Assembly (NCBI GenBank): GCA_032718475.1
Contig: JAUCBJ010001340.1
Coordinates: 6,752-70,751, forward strand
Source: Nemertoderma westbladi
Taxonomy: Eukaryota; Animalia; Xenacoelomorpha
Length of the DNA: 64,000 bases
Direction of reading: 5' to 3'
Part shown: positions 54,401-64,000 of the stretch, piece after piece
How the letters are laid out: each line of letters starts with the position of its first letter
How positions within the stretch are numbered: position 1 is the first letter of the stretch
The notes under the pieces: generated by a model
What the model saw: the letters and a program-made list of their open reading frames with translations, nothing else
What the model was told of the DNA's origin: nothing
Databases searched by the model: none
Program-made: the position numbers and the translations under genes

Positions 54401-55258
54401 TGTGGAATGGGGAGTTTATATGGCAGATATTGTGGAATGGGGTGGGGAGTTTAAATGGCAGAGATTGTGGAATGGGGAGTTTATATGGCAGATATTGTGG
54501 AATGGGGAGTTTATATGGCAGAGATTGTGGAATGGGGAGTTTAAATGGCAGAGATTGTGGAATGGGGAGTTTATATGGCAGAGATTGTGGAATGGGGAGT
54601 TTATATGACAGAGATTGTGGAATGGGGAGTTTATATGGCAGAGATTGTGGAATGGAGAGTTTATATGGTAGAGATTGTGGAATGGGGAGTTTATATGGCA
54701 GAGATTGTGGAATGGGGGGTTTATATGGCAGAGATTGTGGAATGGGGAGTTTATATGGCAGAGATTGTGGAATGGGGAGTTTAAATGGCATATATTGTGG
54801 AATGGGGAGTTTATATGGCAGAGATTGTGGAATGGGGAGTTTATATGGCAGATATTGTGGAATGGGTGGGGAGTTTAAATGGCAGAGATTGTGGAATGGG
54901 GAGTTTATATGGCAGATATTGTGGAATGGGGAGTTTATATGGCAGAGATTGTGGAATGGGGAGTTTAAATGGCAGAGATTGTGGAATGGGGAGTTTATAT
55001 GGCAGAGATTGTGGAATGGGGAGTTTATATGGCAGATATTGTGGAATGGGGTGGGGAGTTTAAATGGCAGAGATTGTGGAATGGGGAGTTTATATGGCAG
55101 ATATTGTGGAATGGGGAGTTTATATGGCAGAGATTGTGGAATGGGGAGTTTAAATGGCAGAGATTGTGGAATGGGGAGTTTATATGGCATAGATTGTGGA
55201 ATGTGGAGTTTATATGGCAGAGATTATGGAATGGGGAGTATATATGGTAGATATTGTA
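9483..55258. repeat. Satellite array, 30-bp unit ATATGGCAGAGATTGTGGAATGGGGAGTTT, ~45.8 kb, about 1,500 copies, single orientation
   Basis: Continuous head-to-tail repeats with recurrent variants (TAAAT, GATATT, GGAGAG, GGTGTTTAG, GACTTTAAATGCC) and +5 (GGGGT), +6, +4 and +1 length variants. Confidence 0.99.
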
Positions 55259-55264
55259 GATATT

Positions 55265-57560
55265 TAGGTCAGGTCAGGTATTCTAGGTCATTGATCAAGA
55301 AAACTTGCCACCTCCATGCAGCATAAAGGAGGTGCCACCTGTAGCTGCATAGACCATCTTACTAGGGCAAATCTGGCCCTGTAACTAGGACCCCCTTCGT
55401 TCTGGGATAAGGACGCCCTTGGTCCTGGATTAAGGACCCATATACTTGGCTGCAGGGGTATATGGCCTGACCAGGCAGATGGTGATCTACCAATGGCTGG
55501 TCAGGAGTAGAGTGTTCTCATGTCCACTCTGAGAGCACTTCACTGCGACCTGCACCTGGCAGCAAGGGTACAGGGCATGACCCAGCAGATGAGCTGCAAC
55601 AGCCAATGGTGGGTCATGTGAGCCAGAGTAGATATGGGTGATGGGCCTCATATCTGACTCCATTGCGACACCCACCCTGTGGAATGGCAAACCAGGGTGT
55701 GGTATTTGCCCCGAGAGCTGACTCGGCAAAAAAGCACCCCCCAACCCCCACTATGGATTACATTAGCAATGCGGAGGTCCGGCCACTAGAGGCCAGTGGA
55801 ATTACCGGACACAATCGGCCTCACAGGCGTCAGTTAACTCCTGACCGGCTGCCTGTCTCACCCCCTACTGGAGAGAGAGCAGCCAACAATTCTTTGAGTC
55901 CCTTTCCTGATGACCTTTCTGGCCCAAACCCTGGGTCACCAGGAAGGCCAGATTGTGATGGGGAGAGGGATTCTGGAGTTGGAGGCTATTCTCATGTTCC
56001 ACCCCGACCAACAAAGCCATTGGTGAATCTGAGGCAAGTCACAAGACTAGCCTCAGTAAACACCCTAACACTCGGGTCCCCAATGCGACAAGGTGAGCTG
56101 ACTGCCTTGGCAGATAAGCTTTCTCTTAGCGCAGTGGGTGTTCAAGAGCACCGAATGCAGACTGGACAGACTGATGAGGTTCTGATTAAGGACATGGGGG
56201 GCGGTTGGCGACTCGCCCTCGCGTCAGCAGATGATAGTGGCAATGGTGGAATTGGTCTATTGATGAATCCAACTGCACATGCAGCATTGGACAAAATAGA
56301 CCAAATCTCTAACCGCATCATCCGTTGCCACTTCTCATGTTCTGGAAGACTGGCTAAGAAGTTTCCTAAGGTGGTTCTGATTGTGTGCTACTCTCCAACT
56401 AGTGTTGCCCCTGTAGAGGAGGTGGAAAATTTTTTACCACAATCTACAAGCAGCTACTGATGGAGTGGATCAGCATGCATTCTTAACATTCCTGGGAGAC
56501 TTTAATGCAAGTCTGCATCAATCACCTACATCGCCCTGGGTCTATAGCAATAGTGTTAACCGAAATTCTGTCCATCTTCAGGATTTTATCTCTGGAAATG
56601 GATTGTTTTCGGCTGGAACCCAGTTCAAGAAGCGAACTGGAAAGCTATGGACTCATAGTGGACCCAGTGGTCACAAGTCCCAGATAGACCATATTCTGTT
56701 TCGTAGGAAATACAGGAGCACTATACAAGACTGTAATGCATTTACACTTCGACCCTTCTCCAGTGATCACCGCCTTATTGTGGCCAAGGTAAGACTTAGT
56801 CTGCGTGCTAGCAGAACAACGAAATCTGCCTTGCCGCGGCATGACTGGTCCTCTCTGTTGCAACAGCCAAGTGTGAGATCCAGCTTCACACTACAGCTGA
56901 GCAACAGGTATGAGGCTCTTGCCTCTGAGGCGGCAGATCACTGTGAGGGCTATACTGCCTTTACAGAAGCAGTTAAGTTAGCAGCTGCGGTAACAGTTCC
57001 TGTATACCCTCGAAACAGGAAAAGGGCCCCCTGGACTGACAACAAAATTCAGAAGTGCCGAAATGACCTCCATAAGGCGCAGAAAGAGTCCCGACTCAAA
57101 CAGACTACAGCGGCCAAGAATGCAGTTAAGGCTGCATCTAGGTCCCTGAACAGGCAGTACTCTGCTAATCTACAGGAGCTAATAAACCAACAGGTTGATG
57201 CCATCAATGATGCTGACGACAGCAGGCAATCATCCCAGGCATGGAAATCGATCAATCTGCTTACTGGGCGGAAAAGCCAACCAACCACCAAGGTTAAGGC
57301 TGATTCACCAGCCGATCGCCTCAATGGTTGGAAAGCCCACTTTGAAAAGCTCCTCAATAATGACAGGGTATTGCCTGATAACTTTATAGAAGTAAAAGTG
57401 TCTGAGTCTGTACTCCCAGACATTCCCATTGGCGATATCTCCTTTGCAGATGTGAAGGCTGCTGCAAAGAGCATTAAGACCAATCGTGCCAGTGGAGTAG
57501 ATGGTGTTCCCCCTGAGGTCTTTAAAATACCTGAGTGTTTAAAGCTCATCTATCCCATCA
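55265..57560 (+). mobile_element. RTE-like non-LTR retrotransposon, 5' portion (UTR, endonuclease, tether, very start of RT)
   Basis: Likely ATG at 55753 (MDYISNAEV). EN motifs VNTLTL, VQEHR, GGIGLL, CYSPT, LGDFNA, QIDHIL, SDHRL. Then LSNRYEAL, WKAHFEKLLN and ASGVDGVPPEVFK before the sequence breaks at ~57560. Confidence 0.88.
55753..57560 (+). pseudogene. Frameshifted, interrupted RTE EN-RT ORF
   Basis: An extra T in the T6 run at 56430-56435 splits ...VEEVENF from YHNLQAATDGVDQHAFL.... The RT core is absent from the window. Confidence 0.75.
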
Positions 57561-58114
57561 TAGTACTACTACTACTAGGATCGGCATGCTGCATTACAGC
57601 TGCATTTTTAAGAATGCTGTGCCGGCTTGTCAACAAAATTGGACCGCCACAACTCCCTATCACCCATGACATTTGCTAGATCATCCGCATCTTTAAGGCC
57701 AGTGTCCTTTAAGATGCGTCTCAAGAAAGTCATGGGCTGTCCACCATGCTTATTCACTCCATGAGGCTGCCAAAGTACAAGATTATGCACTGGCTGGTCC
57801 TCACGGCGAAAGCAATGTCCTGCAAAGCGGAGGCGATTTTGTTCTAGTGTCAAGCTTGGGGGAACCAATGAGACACCTCCAATGTTATATAGTGTCTGGT
57901 TGGAGATGTGTGCATTGTACTTGACACAATGTACCCGGCGTAGCATTCTTGTGAATGTGCCATCCAGAGATTTGGTGTCCTCAGCAGTTAGAGCCCAGCA
58001 TGGACTCCCGTAGAGGAGTACTGGAACTACTGCTGCTCTAAATAATCGGACCTTAAGTTTCCGATTAATTCTATGTGACTTCCAAATCCTGGAAAGCCTA
58101 TTCAAGGCTGCCCA
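57561..58114 (-). mobile_element. RTE-like element 3' end in antisense orientation with (TAG)n tail
   Basis: Encodes WAALNRLSRIW..KLKVRLFRAAVVPVLLYGS..RLRFAGHCFR..DRELWR, the typical RTE C-terminus. Stop at 57608, a short 3' UTR, then TAGTAGTAGTAGTA (CTACTA repeats on +) at ~57563-57577. Confidence 0.9.
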
Positions 58115-58444
58115 TGTGGCAGTTCAAGTATATAAAACACTGGTTCGGTAATTTTCTACAATCCAAAAATGTCTATATTCAAAAACTAAGTAACATATAT
58201 CAATAATTCTTATACACTCCTAATACTAATACTCCTCATAATACTAATATACTTCACCAATATTAAGGCACTAACTCAAAATGTATATAACCAGCTGTTT
58301 GCCTTAACCAACCAATATACATTACATATTACACAATGTAGTCCTTCAATTAACGTACAGTATACTATGGGGATTGTCACACTCCCCGACAAAATATGCA
58401 AATAGTCTTTCAATTAACGTACAGTATACTATGGGATTGTCACA
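58115..58444 (-). repeat. Probable 3' LTR of the BEL/Pao element (TGT...ACA), preceded by a PPT-like GTCGGGGAG
   Basis: The minus strand reads GTCGGGGAG|TGTGACAATCCC at 58444 and again at 58381, and ends ...GAACTGCCACA at 58115, about where RTE homology stops. The partner LTR is not in the window. Confidence 0.55.
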
Positions 58445-58463
58445 CTCCCCGACAAAATATGCA
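58339..58463. repeat. ~63-bp tandem duplication spanning the putative PPT/LTR junction
   Basis: TAGTC(C/T)TTCAATTAACGTACAGTATACTATGGG(G)ATTGTCACACTCCCCGACAAAATATGCAA occurs twice. Confidence 0.9.
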
Positions 58464-58662
58464 ATTACGACAACTTATACCATTCCACCAATAACTGCAA
58501 TATAGTTACAATAATGACAAAACATAAATGTGACAATGCTGTACAAATACAAATCAAATCAAATACAAATCTGTATCAATAATTATATGCAAAAATATCT
58601 TACTTATAGTTACACAGTCACAGTTACTTATTTGATGCACGACACCAACCCTACAGTTATAT

Positions 58663-61600
58663 CTAGTTGTCAATTTCTAATGGGATAAGTCCTTGTACAG
58701 GTCGAGTGATAATTATACTGCTGATTTTTTTGCCTATTTTTGCAATTTTTACTTTTACAGATCTGATACTATTATCACGACCATGTAAGAGCTCTACTAT
58801 AATCCCTAGCTTCCATAATTGGCGCGGTTTCTTGATCTTAGAAGTAGTTTCATCCAGTAACACCACCTCACCAACCCTCGGCTCACGTGTCTGATATCGG
58901 GGAATAGAGTAATGCTGTCTAAGAGTTGTCAGATACTCGCGAGCCCAAATGTTCCAAAATTTATCTATCAATTGGTCTTTGTATTTGGTGCGTCGGGTCA
59001 CATTCTCAGCATTCAATTCGTCATTAATATTATTACTGCTGATATTATCTGTTTCAGGTCTTTCAGTGAGTCGCTTTCCGATTAATAAATGTGACGGAGT
59101 TAGAGGTTCCAAAATCTCGTCTGAATACACGTAAGTTAGTGGGCGACTGTTAATTACACTCTCAACTTTTATCAATAAGGTATGTAACTCGTCGCTATTC
59201 AATAATGCGTTTCCTATCGACTTCCTCAATGCTCTCTTCACACTTTGCACTAGTCGCTCCCAGTACCCTCCCCACCAAGGGGCATGTTCACATATAAAGT
59301 TCCATTTGATATTTAAATTTGCTATATGGGTTTGTGTTTTCTTGGCTGTGAAATTACTTCCATTATCTGAAGTTATTGTTGCTGGATATCCCCTGCGACC
59401 AAAGAATCTATCTAAACCACGGATAGTAAACTCCGCATCTATACTTTCTTGTAATTCAAAATGTACCGCTCTAGACGAATTACATGTAATCAGAAGAATA
59501 TGGCATTTTTCAATCAGTTCATTATTTCGAACATACATTGGCCCCGCTATGTCCACACCGACATCATTAAATGCTAGACTTCCACTCACCCTATCCAGGG
59601 GTAAACAAGGTGTATCTGGGGGTGTGAATGCTTTTGCTTGCTGTTTGCGACATATCACACATTCATTTAATTGTTTCTTAATAATTTGTCTGGCCTGGGG
59701 TATATAAAACTTGTTTCTCAGTTGCACAAATGTATCACGAACTCCAGCATGTAATACTTCTGTTTCGTGACATTGTCTAATGATTAACGTCGTCAGATAA
59801 TGTTTTTTCGGTAGCAGTATTGGATCTTTCGCTGTTGTGGGCACCTGATATGCCATATCAATGCGGCCTTTGCATCTTATCAAGCCCTCAGCATCTAGGT
59901 ATAAGTGAAGTTGATTGATTAAGTTTCTCACATAAGGCTCTTTGTCGCATTTTGTCGTCAATTGTGAAACAACTTCAGGATACATTTCTGCTTGAACTTC
60001 CTTTAAGCATAAAGTGCTTGCTTTGCTTCTTTCCAGAATAGTTAAAACACCTAATTGTTTGGGGATATCCTTCCCTATCCTTGCCTTCAGATTATTGACA
60101 AAACGGTACATCCATGCCACTACTTGAATCAGCTTATTGTAGCTGCTATAACGAAGTATTATTGAATCATGCACTTCGTTTGAGATAAGTAAGACTGACG
60201 GCATTTCTATTGGGTGCTTCAACTCTTTAAAAGCCTCTTCCTCAATATCTCTTGTCTCTATGGTTTTCGAAGGATAATCTATCACATTTGACACCCATTC
60301 GGGACCACACCACCAGATATTTCTGGCTGGGGAAGGTTGAATAAGACTATCTGCATATTTTCCTCTGGTTATCAAATCAGCTGGGTTTTCTTCTCCATTA
60401 CAGTGATAATAATGGACATTTGGCAACCGCAATTTGATTCGTTCAATTCTTGAGGATATAAACCTGACCCAATTATTGGGATTTTTAATCCAATGACAAA
60501 CAATAGTCGAGTCTGTCCAACATACGATTTTACCTACTTTTGTAACAGATTCAAGTGGTTTAATTGCATGAATTATGACCCGAGATAACATTTCTGCCGA
60601 CATAAGTTCTAATCTAGGAATTGTAATTCGTTTGGAGGACAATTTATCTAATGGGACTAATTTTCCTCGGGCCATGATAAGTGATACTTCAACCTTTTCT
60701 ACTGATGAAACCTTTATATACACACATGCTCCCAATGCTTGCCGTGAGGCATCACAAAAGCCATGAATTTCTATCTCTATGTTAGTACCACTAATCAGTT
60801 TGTTAACAGAATAACATCTGTCTATACGCAATGAATCAAATTTCACAAGGTCATTTATCCACCTTTTATAAGTTCGAATTTCACAAGAATCTAGCTCTTT
60901 GTCCCAATCGCCTTTTGCCTTCTGACTAATCTGACGTAATAATATTTTTATAACAGATACAAATGGAGCGATCCAACCTGCTGGATCGAAAATACGTGCC
61001 ATAACCTTTAGCACTGACCTTCGGATCAACGGCAACGTGAGTGCTGTTGAATATACATCCCGAAAATCAAATAAGTAACAGTCTGAGTTAAGGTCCCATC
61101 TAATACCAAGCACCTCTGTAACAGATGAAGGTCTACTCTTATGCGACTCACTACTCGTAACTTTCTTATCTGAACCTTCACAGCAATCAATCATTGCTTG
61201 CAGTTCAACATCATTAGTTTTCCATTTTACCATGTCAAATCCACCCTGTTTAAACATCATTCGTATTAATCGATACCGTTGCATTGCATCATACATATCA
61301 AATGCTCCAGTTGCTAAGTTATCGCTGTAAAGAGAATCTTCTATATCTTTTACTATCTCCGGGTATATATCATTATACTTCCTTAAATGCAACATTATTA
61401 CAACCATCAAAATAGCTTGGCTACTTATTATTCCGAAAGGCAACCTGCAAAAACGATATACAACTTTCGTTGGTGGCTGATTATTAAAATCAGCCCAAAT
61501 AAATCTCAACACATCCCTGTCGCATTCATTGACACTGATTTGTAAGTAAGCTTGTGCAATATCTGCAATAAGTGCGACCTTAAAACTTCTAAAACGAATT

Positions 61601-62142
61601 AATACCTGTAGTATGTATGGCAGCAATACCGGGCCCTTATAGAGACACTCATTTAAGGACAGATGGGCGCTTGATTGTTTCGCTGAAGCATTGTATACAA
61701 TACGTAGTTTTGTGGTTTCATTATTTTCTCTAACTACCCCAAAATGAGACAAATAATGTACTGCATTCGTTGTTTGTGAATTGATGTCTACCCTTTCAAT
61801 GATCCCATTTTCTAATTGCTCTTGTATTTTATATTGGTATTGTTCTAGTAGTTTGGGTTGTTTTTGCATCTTCTTTAATAGAGTTTCGTACCTACGCTCA
61901 GCTAGGTAATAATTATTAGGCAAATTAGCCTTTTGCGATGAAATCCATGGTAATTTAATTTCGTATCTTCCATTGATCATCTCTGGTTGTTCAATAAAAT
62001 CTAAGTTATAATGTGAATCCGGATTCAAACCGCTTGTGTCTGTTTCATAAAATTTATTTAAAGTTTCTTCCAAACTACATTCGAAAACTGTATCAATTAT
62101 TTCGTCATCATCTGCCGATGTAAATAGGGTATGTGTATTCAA
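58663..62142 (-). CDS. BEL/Pao pol: RT, RNase H, integrase
   Basis: YEIKLPW, TTKLRIVYNAS, SLNECLYKGP, ADIAQAYLQI, RLPFG, YSDNL, FDPAGW, HGFCDAS, TIPRLEL, WTDS, NPADLITRG, H-H-C-C zinc motif, DIAGP, SDNGSNF, PWWGGYWERLV, NSRPLT, FWNIWAREYL. Confidence 0.93.
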   Translation of the reverse strand: MNTHTLFTSADDDEIIDTVFECSLEETLNKFYETDTSGLNPDSHYNLDFIEQPEMINGRYEIKLPWISSQKANLPNNYYLAERRYETLLKKMQKQPKLLEQYQYKIQEQLENGIIERVDINSQTTNAVHYLSHFGVVRENNETTKLRIVYNASAKQSSAHLSLNECLYKGPVLLPYILQVLIRFRSFKVALIADIAQAYLQISVNECDRDVLRFIWADFNNQPPTKVVYRFCRLPFGIISSQAILMVVIMLHLRKYNDIYPEIVKDIEDSLYSDNLATGAFDMYDAMQRYRLIRMMFKQGGFDMVKWKTNDVELQAMIDCCEGSDKKVTSSESHKSRPSSVTEVLGIRWDLNSDCYLFDFRDVYSTALTLPLIRRSVLKVMARIFDPAGWIAPFVSVIKILLRQISQKAKGDWDKELDSCEIRTYKRWINDLVKFDSLRIDRCYSVNKLISGTNIEIEIHGFCDASRQALGACVYIKVSSVEKVEVSLIMARGKLVPLDKLSSKRITIPRLELMSAEMLSRVIIHAIKPLESVTKVGKIVCWTDSTIVCHWIKNPNNWVRFISSRIERIKLRLPNVHYYHCNGEENPADLITRGKYADSLIQPSPARNIWWCGPEWVSNVIDYPSKTIETRDIEEEAFKELKHPIEMPSVLLISNEVHDSIILRYSSYNKLIQVVAWMYRFVNNLKARIGKDIPKQLGVLTILERSKASTLCLKEVQAEMYPEVVSQLTTKCDKEPYVRNLINQLHLYLDAEGLIRCKGRIDMAYQVPTTAKDPILLPKKHYLTTLIIRQCHETEVLHAGVRDTFVQLRNKFYIPQARQIIKKQLNECVICRKQQAKAFTPPDTPCLPLDRVSGSLAFNDVGVDIAGPMYVRNNELIEKCHILLITCNSSRAVHFELQESIDAEFTIRGLDRFFGRRGYPATITSDNGSNFTAKKTQTHIANLNIKWNFICEHAPWWGGYWERLVQSVKRALRKSIGNALLNSDELHTLLIKVESVINSRPLTYVYSDEILEPLTPSHLLIGKRLTERPETDNISSNNINDELNAENVTRRTKYKDQLIDKFWNIWAREYLTTLRQHYSIPRYQTREPRVGEVVLLDETTSKIKKPRQLWKLGIIVELLHGRDNSIRSVKVKIAKIGKKISSIIITRPVQGLIPLEIDN

Positions 62143-63881
62143 TATATGGGAATCGCTAACCTTACTTATTTTTATAGGCCCAGCTACAGCACTACCAAAC
62201 TTAGTTTCAATAATGGCTGGACCGCATCCAGATTCATTTATGGTTCTATGGCCTTTTTTTATGTTAGTTGATATATATAATCGCCTCCGATTAATATATC
62301 AACTTCTCTACTTTCACCTGCTGGTACATCAGTAAATTGAGATTGGTCGTAATAAGGGATGTCTGAAATGTCCACAGAGATTGGCTCAAGTGGTGCGCAT
62401 ATAGTGTCCGTAGAAAGAAGTGTGAGATACATCATATGTGATTTATTTAAATCTGATACTGCAACAGTCACAACCTTGTGTTGAGTGGTGCGTCTATCCT
62501 TACTGTTGAATACGCCAGTTTTTAAAGTTATTTCTTTATCTGATTTCAGATCTAGTTTATGGCTTAATTTGTTGGTAATATAACTTTGTTGCGCCCCGCC
62601 ATCAAATAACATGCGAGCTGTTATATATTTGTTACTTGTTGGATTGAAAACAAATACTAATACAGTAGCCAGTAGTACAGTATTTTGTGAATTAACAAAT
62701 ATATTAGTCGTGGCTTGATATATACCATTCTTGATCTCCCCTCTAGGTGGCGTTGGAATTGGATAGTTTTCAACCAACCCAACATTATATCCTGGACCTT
62801 GACGCTCATAATTTGTTCTATATTTTACATCGGCTTTTCCATAAAATGGCGCAGAAACTCTACTGCACAGAGAAATATGGTGTGGCCTTGAGCAGATGAT
62901 GCAACTAATTTTCCTTGCACATTCCTTAGCAATGTGTCCCTCCCCCAAACAAGAAAAACATTTATTTAATTGCTGCCACCGCACAATTCGGCTTTGCATA
63001 TTATAGAATTGTTCGCAATCAGTACTGCGATGTGCTTTGTCGCAATACACACAATTATCCGGCCTACGTGTATATCTAGCAACAGCGGGTTTAAATCTTG
63101 AATTGCTATTTTCTAACAATGCCGATGCTGTGCCAATTTCACCATTGAAGTTTTTCCAGGCTGCCTGTTTTACATCTGTTTTTTCCTGTTGTTGTGCTGC
63201 AATCTCTCTTGCCTCAACTTCTTCCCTTAATGTTTATAATACAACGTTTATATCCCAAATTTCGCCCTTCTCAACACGCGAAATTTCTAAAATAATTTCT
63301 TCCGGCAATTTTGACACTAAGATGGCAACAAGCAGTGCCCCATATGTATCACTTGATAGACCAAGTGTCATTAGTCCTCTAATCTGAATATTGACTTCAT
63401 CATACAATTTTCTTAAATCGTCCACTTTCATACAAGCTACCTGTAGATTTATTATTCTCTTCATATGGGCGTTAATACGTAGCTGTTTATGTCCAAACCT
63501 TGATTGTAAAATGTCAATGGCCTCATTGTAATTGGCAGTTGTCAATGCTAAACCACTTACACAGTTTGCGGCAGTTCCAGTCAAAAAGGATTTCAAATAA
63601 TTAAATTTGTCAATAACGCTAACTTTTACATTACTATGCACCGCACAGTCAAAACTATCCCACCATTCACCATATTCTAAATGTCCTCCAGAAAATTCTT
63701 TTAACGTTAACTTCGGTAATTTAGAACTAATTCCTAAAGTACGTTCATTAGATATGTTACTACAACCGGTAGTTTCCAAACTACGTAACTTATACTCAAT
63801 AAGTGATATAGTTTCATTTATAGACAATGTAATTTCTGACTGTTGATCAATTAAGTTTTCAATTTCTTTTTCGTCAACCAA
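62143..63881 (-). pseudogene. BEL/Pao gag-protease region with an in-frame stop and a frameshift
   Basis: KLPKLTLKEFSG..DKFNYLKS (DUF1759-like). In-frame TAA at 63236-63234 is followed by TLREEVEARE. Knuckles CVYC..H..C, CFSC..H..C, CIIC..HH..C. Protease LFDGGAQQSYI..ILIGGD. Frameshift at the T7 run 62254-62260 before GPAIIETKFG. Confidence 0.85.
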
Positions 63882-64000
63882 AGTTTCTATGTAGGAGTAA
63901 ATGTTCGTAATTTCAACAGTCTTACCTTTGAGAGTATCTCTAACCGCGTTTAGTTTGGGGATGCCTTCATCTATTGTAGTTATTTGTGTCCCGATGTCAT

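Larger units (their letters stand above)
58115..64000 (-). mobile_element. BEL/Pao LTR retrotransposon, 5' part outside the window
   Basis: Domain order is gag (DUF1759-like), three Cys/His knuckles, protease, RT, RNase H, integrase, DUF5641-like C-terminus. Confidence 0.95.

Noticed and set aside
9483-55258. CRISPR-like array (30-36 bp periodicity)
   Set aside because: Units are directly adjacent with no unique spacers, there are no cas genes, and the context is eukaryotic.
9483-55258. Telomeric repeat or human HSat2/3 (GGAAT)n
   Set aside because: There is only one GGAATGG per 30 bp, no short telomeric unit, and the array is internal with non-repeat flanks on both sides.
9413-55326. Hundreds of ORFs with 10-aa repeats (PQSLPYKLPI, HNLCHINSPF, GRDCGMGSLY, WQRLWNGEFI, MAEIVEWGVY), up to 1013 aa
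   Set aside because: The 30-bp unit is a multiple of 3 and stop-free in five of six frames. Frequent +5, +4 and +1 variants switch frames freely, so there is no sign of coding constraint. The His/Cys-rich frame is not a real zinc finger.
55265-58114. Twin-priming 5' inversion of a single RTE insertion
   Set aside because: The 3' tail lies at the internal junction rather than the outer end, which is the wrong geometry.

Overview
Eukaryotic (metazoan, probably invertebrate) repeat-rich, heterochromatin-like window. (1) 1-6424, minus strand: an uninterrupted PRDM9/PRDM7-like ORF (SSXRD-like motif, Zn knuckle, PR/SET with all three catalytic Tyr, 10 C2H2 fingers, 8 of them a homogenised 84-bp minisatellite). 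It directly abuts an apparently intact CR1/L2-group LINE (ORF1 plus APE endonuclease-RT ORF2). All three ORFs lie in one reading frame, separated only by single stops (TAA 4136-4134; TGA 2939-2937 followed by CTA). (2) 6425-9480: AT-rich spacer with a ~540-bp foldback inverted repeat and a small hairpin. (3) ~9483-55258: a ~45.8-kb satellite of a 30-bp G-rich unit (about 1,500 copies) with kb-scale higher-order duplications and end-shared variant layers. All ORFs called there are artefacts. (4) 55265-64000: apparently nested retroelements, namely an RTE-like 5' half (+), an antisense RTE-like 3' end with a (TAG)n tail, and a BEL/Pao LTR element (-) that runs off the window. The best candidate for a new system is the PRDM9-like ORF joined to the LINE. 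It could be a LINE carrying a histone methyltransferase-ZNF cargo, or a LINE inserted in or template-switched onto a PRDM9 zinc-finger array. The window alone cannot decide between these.
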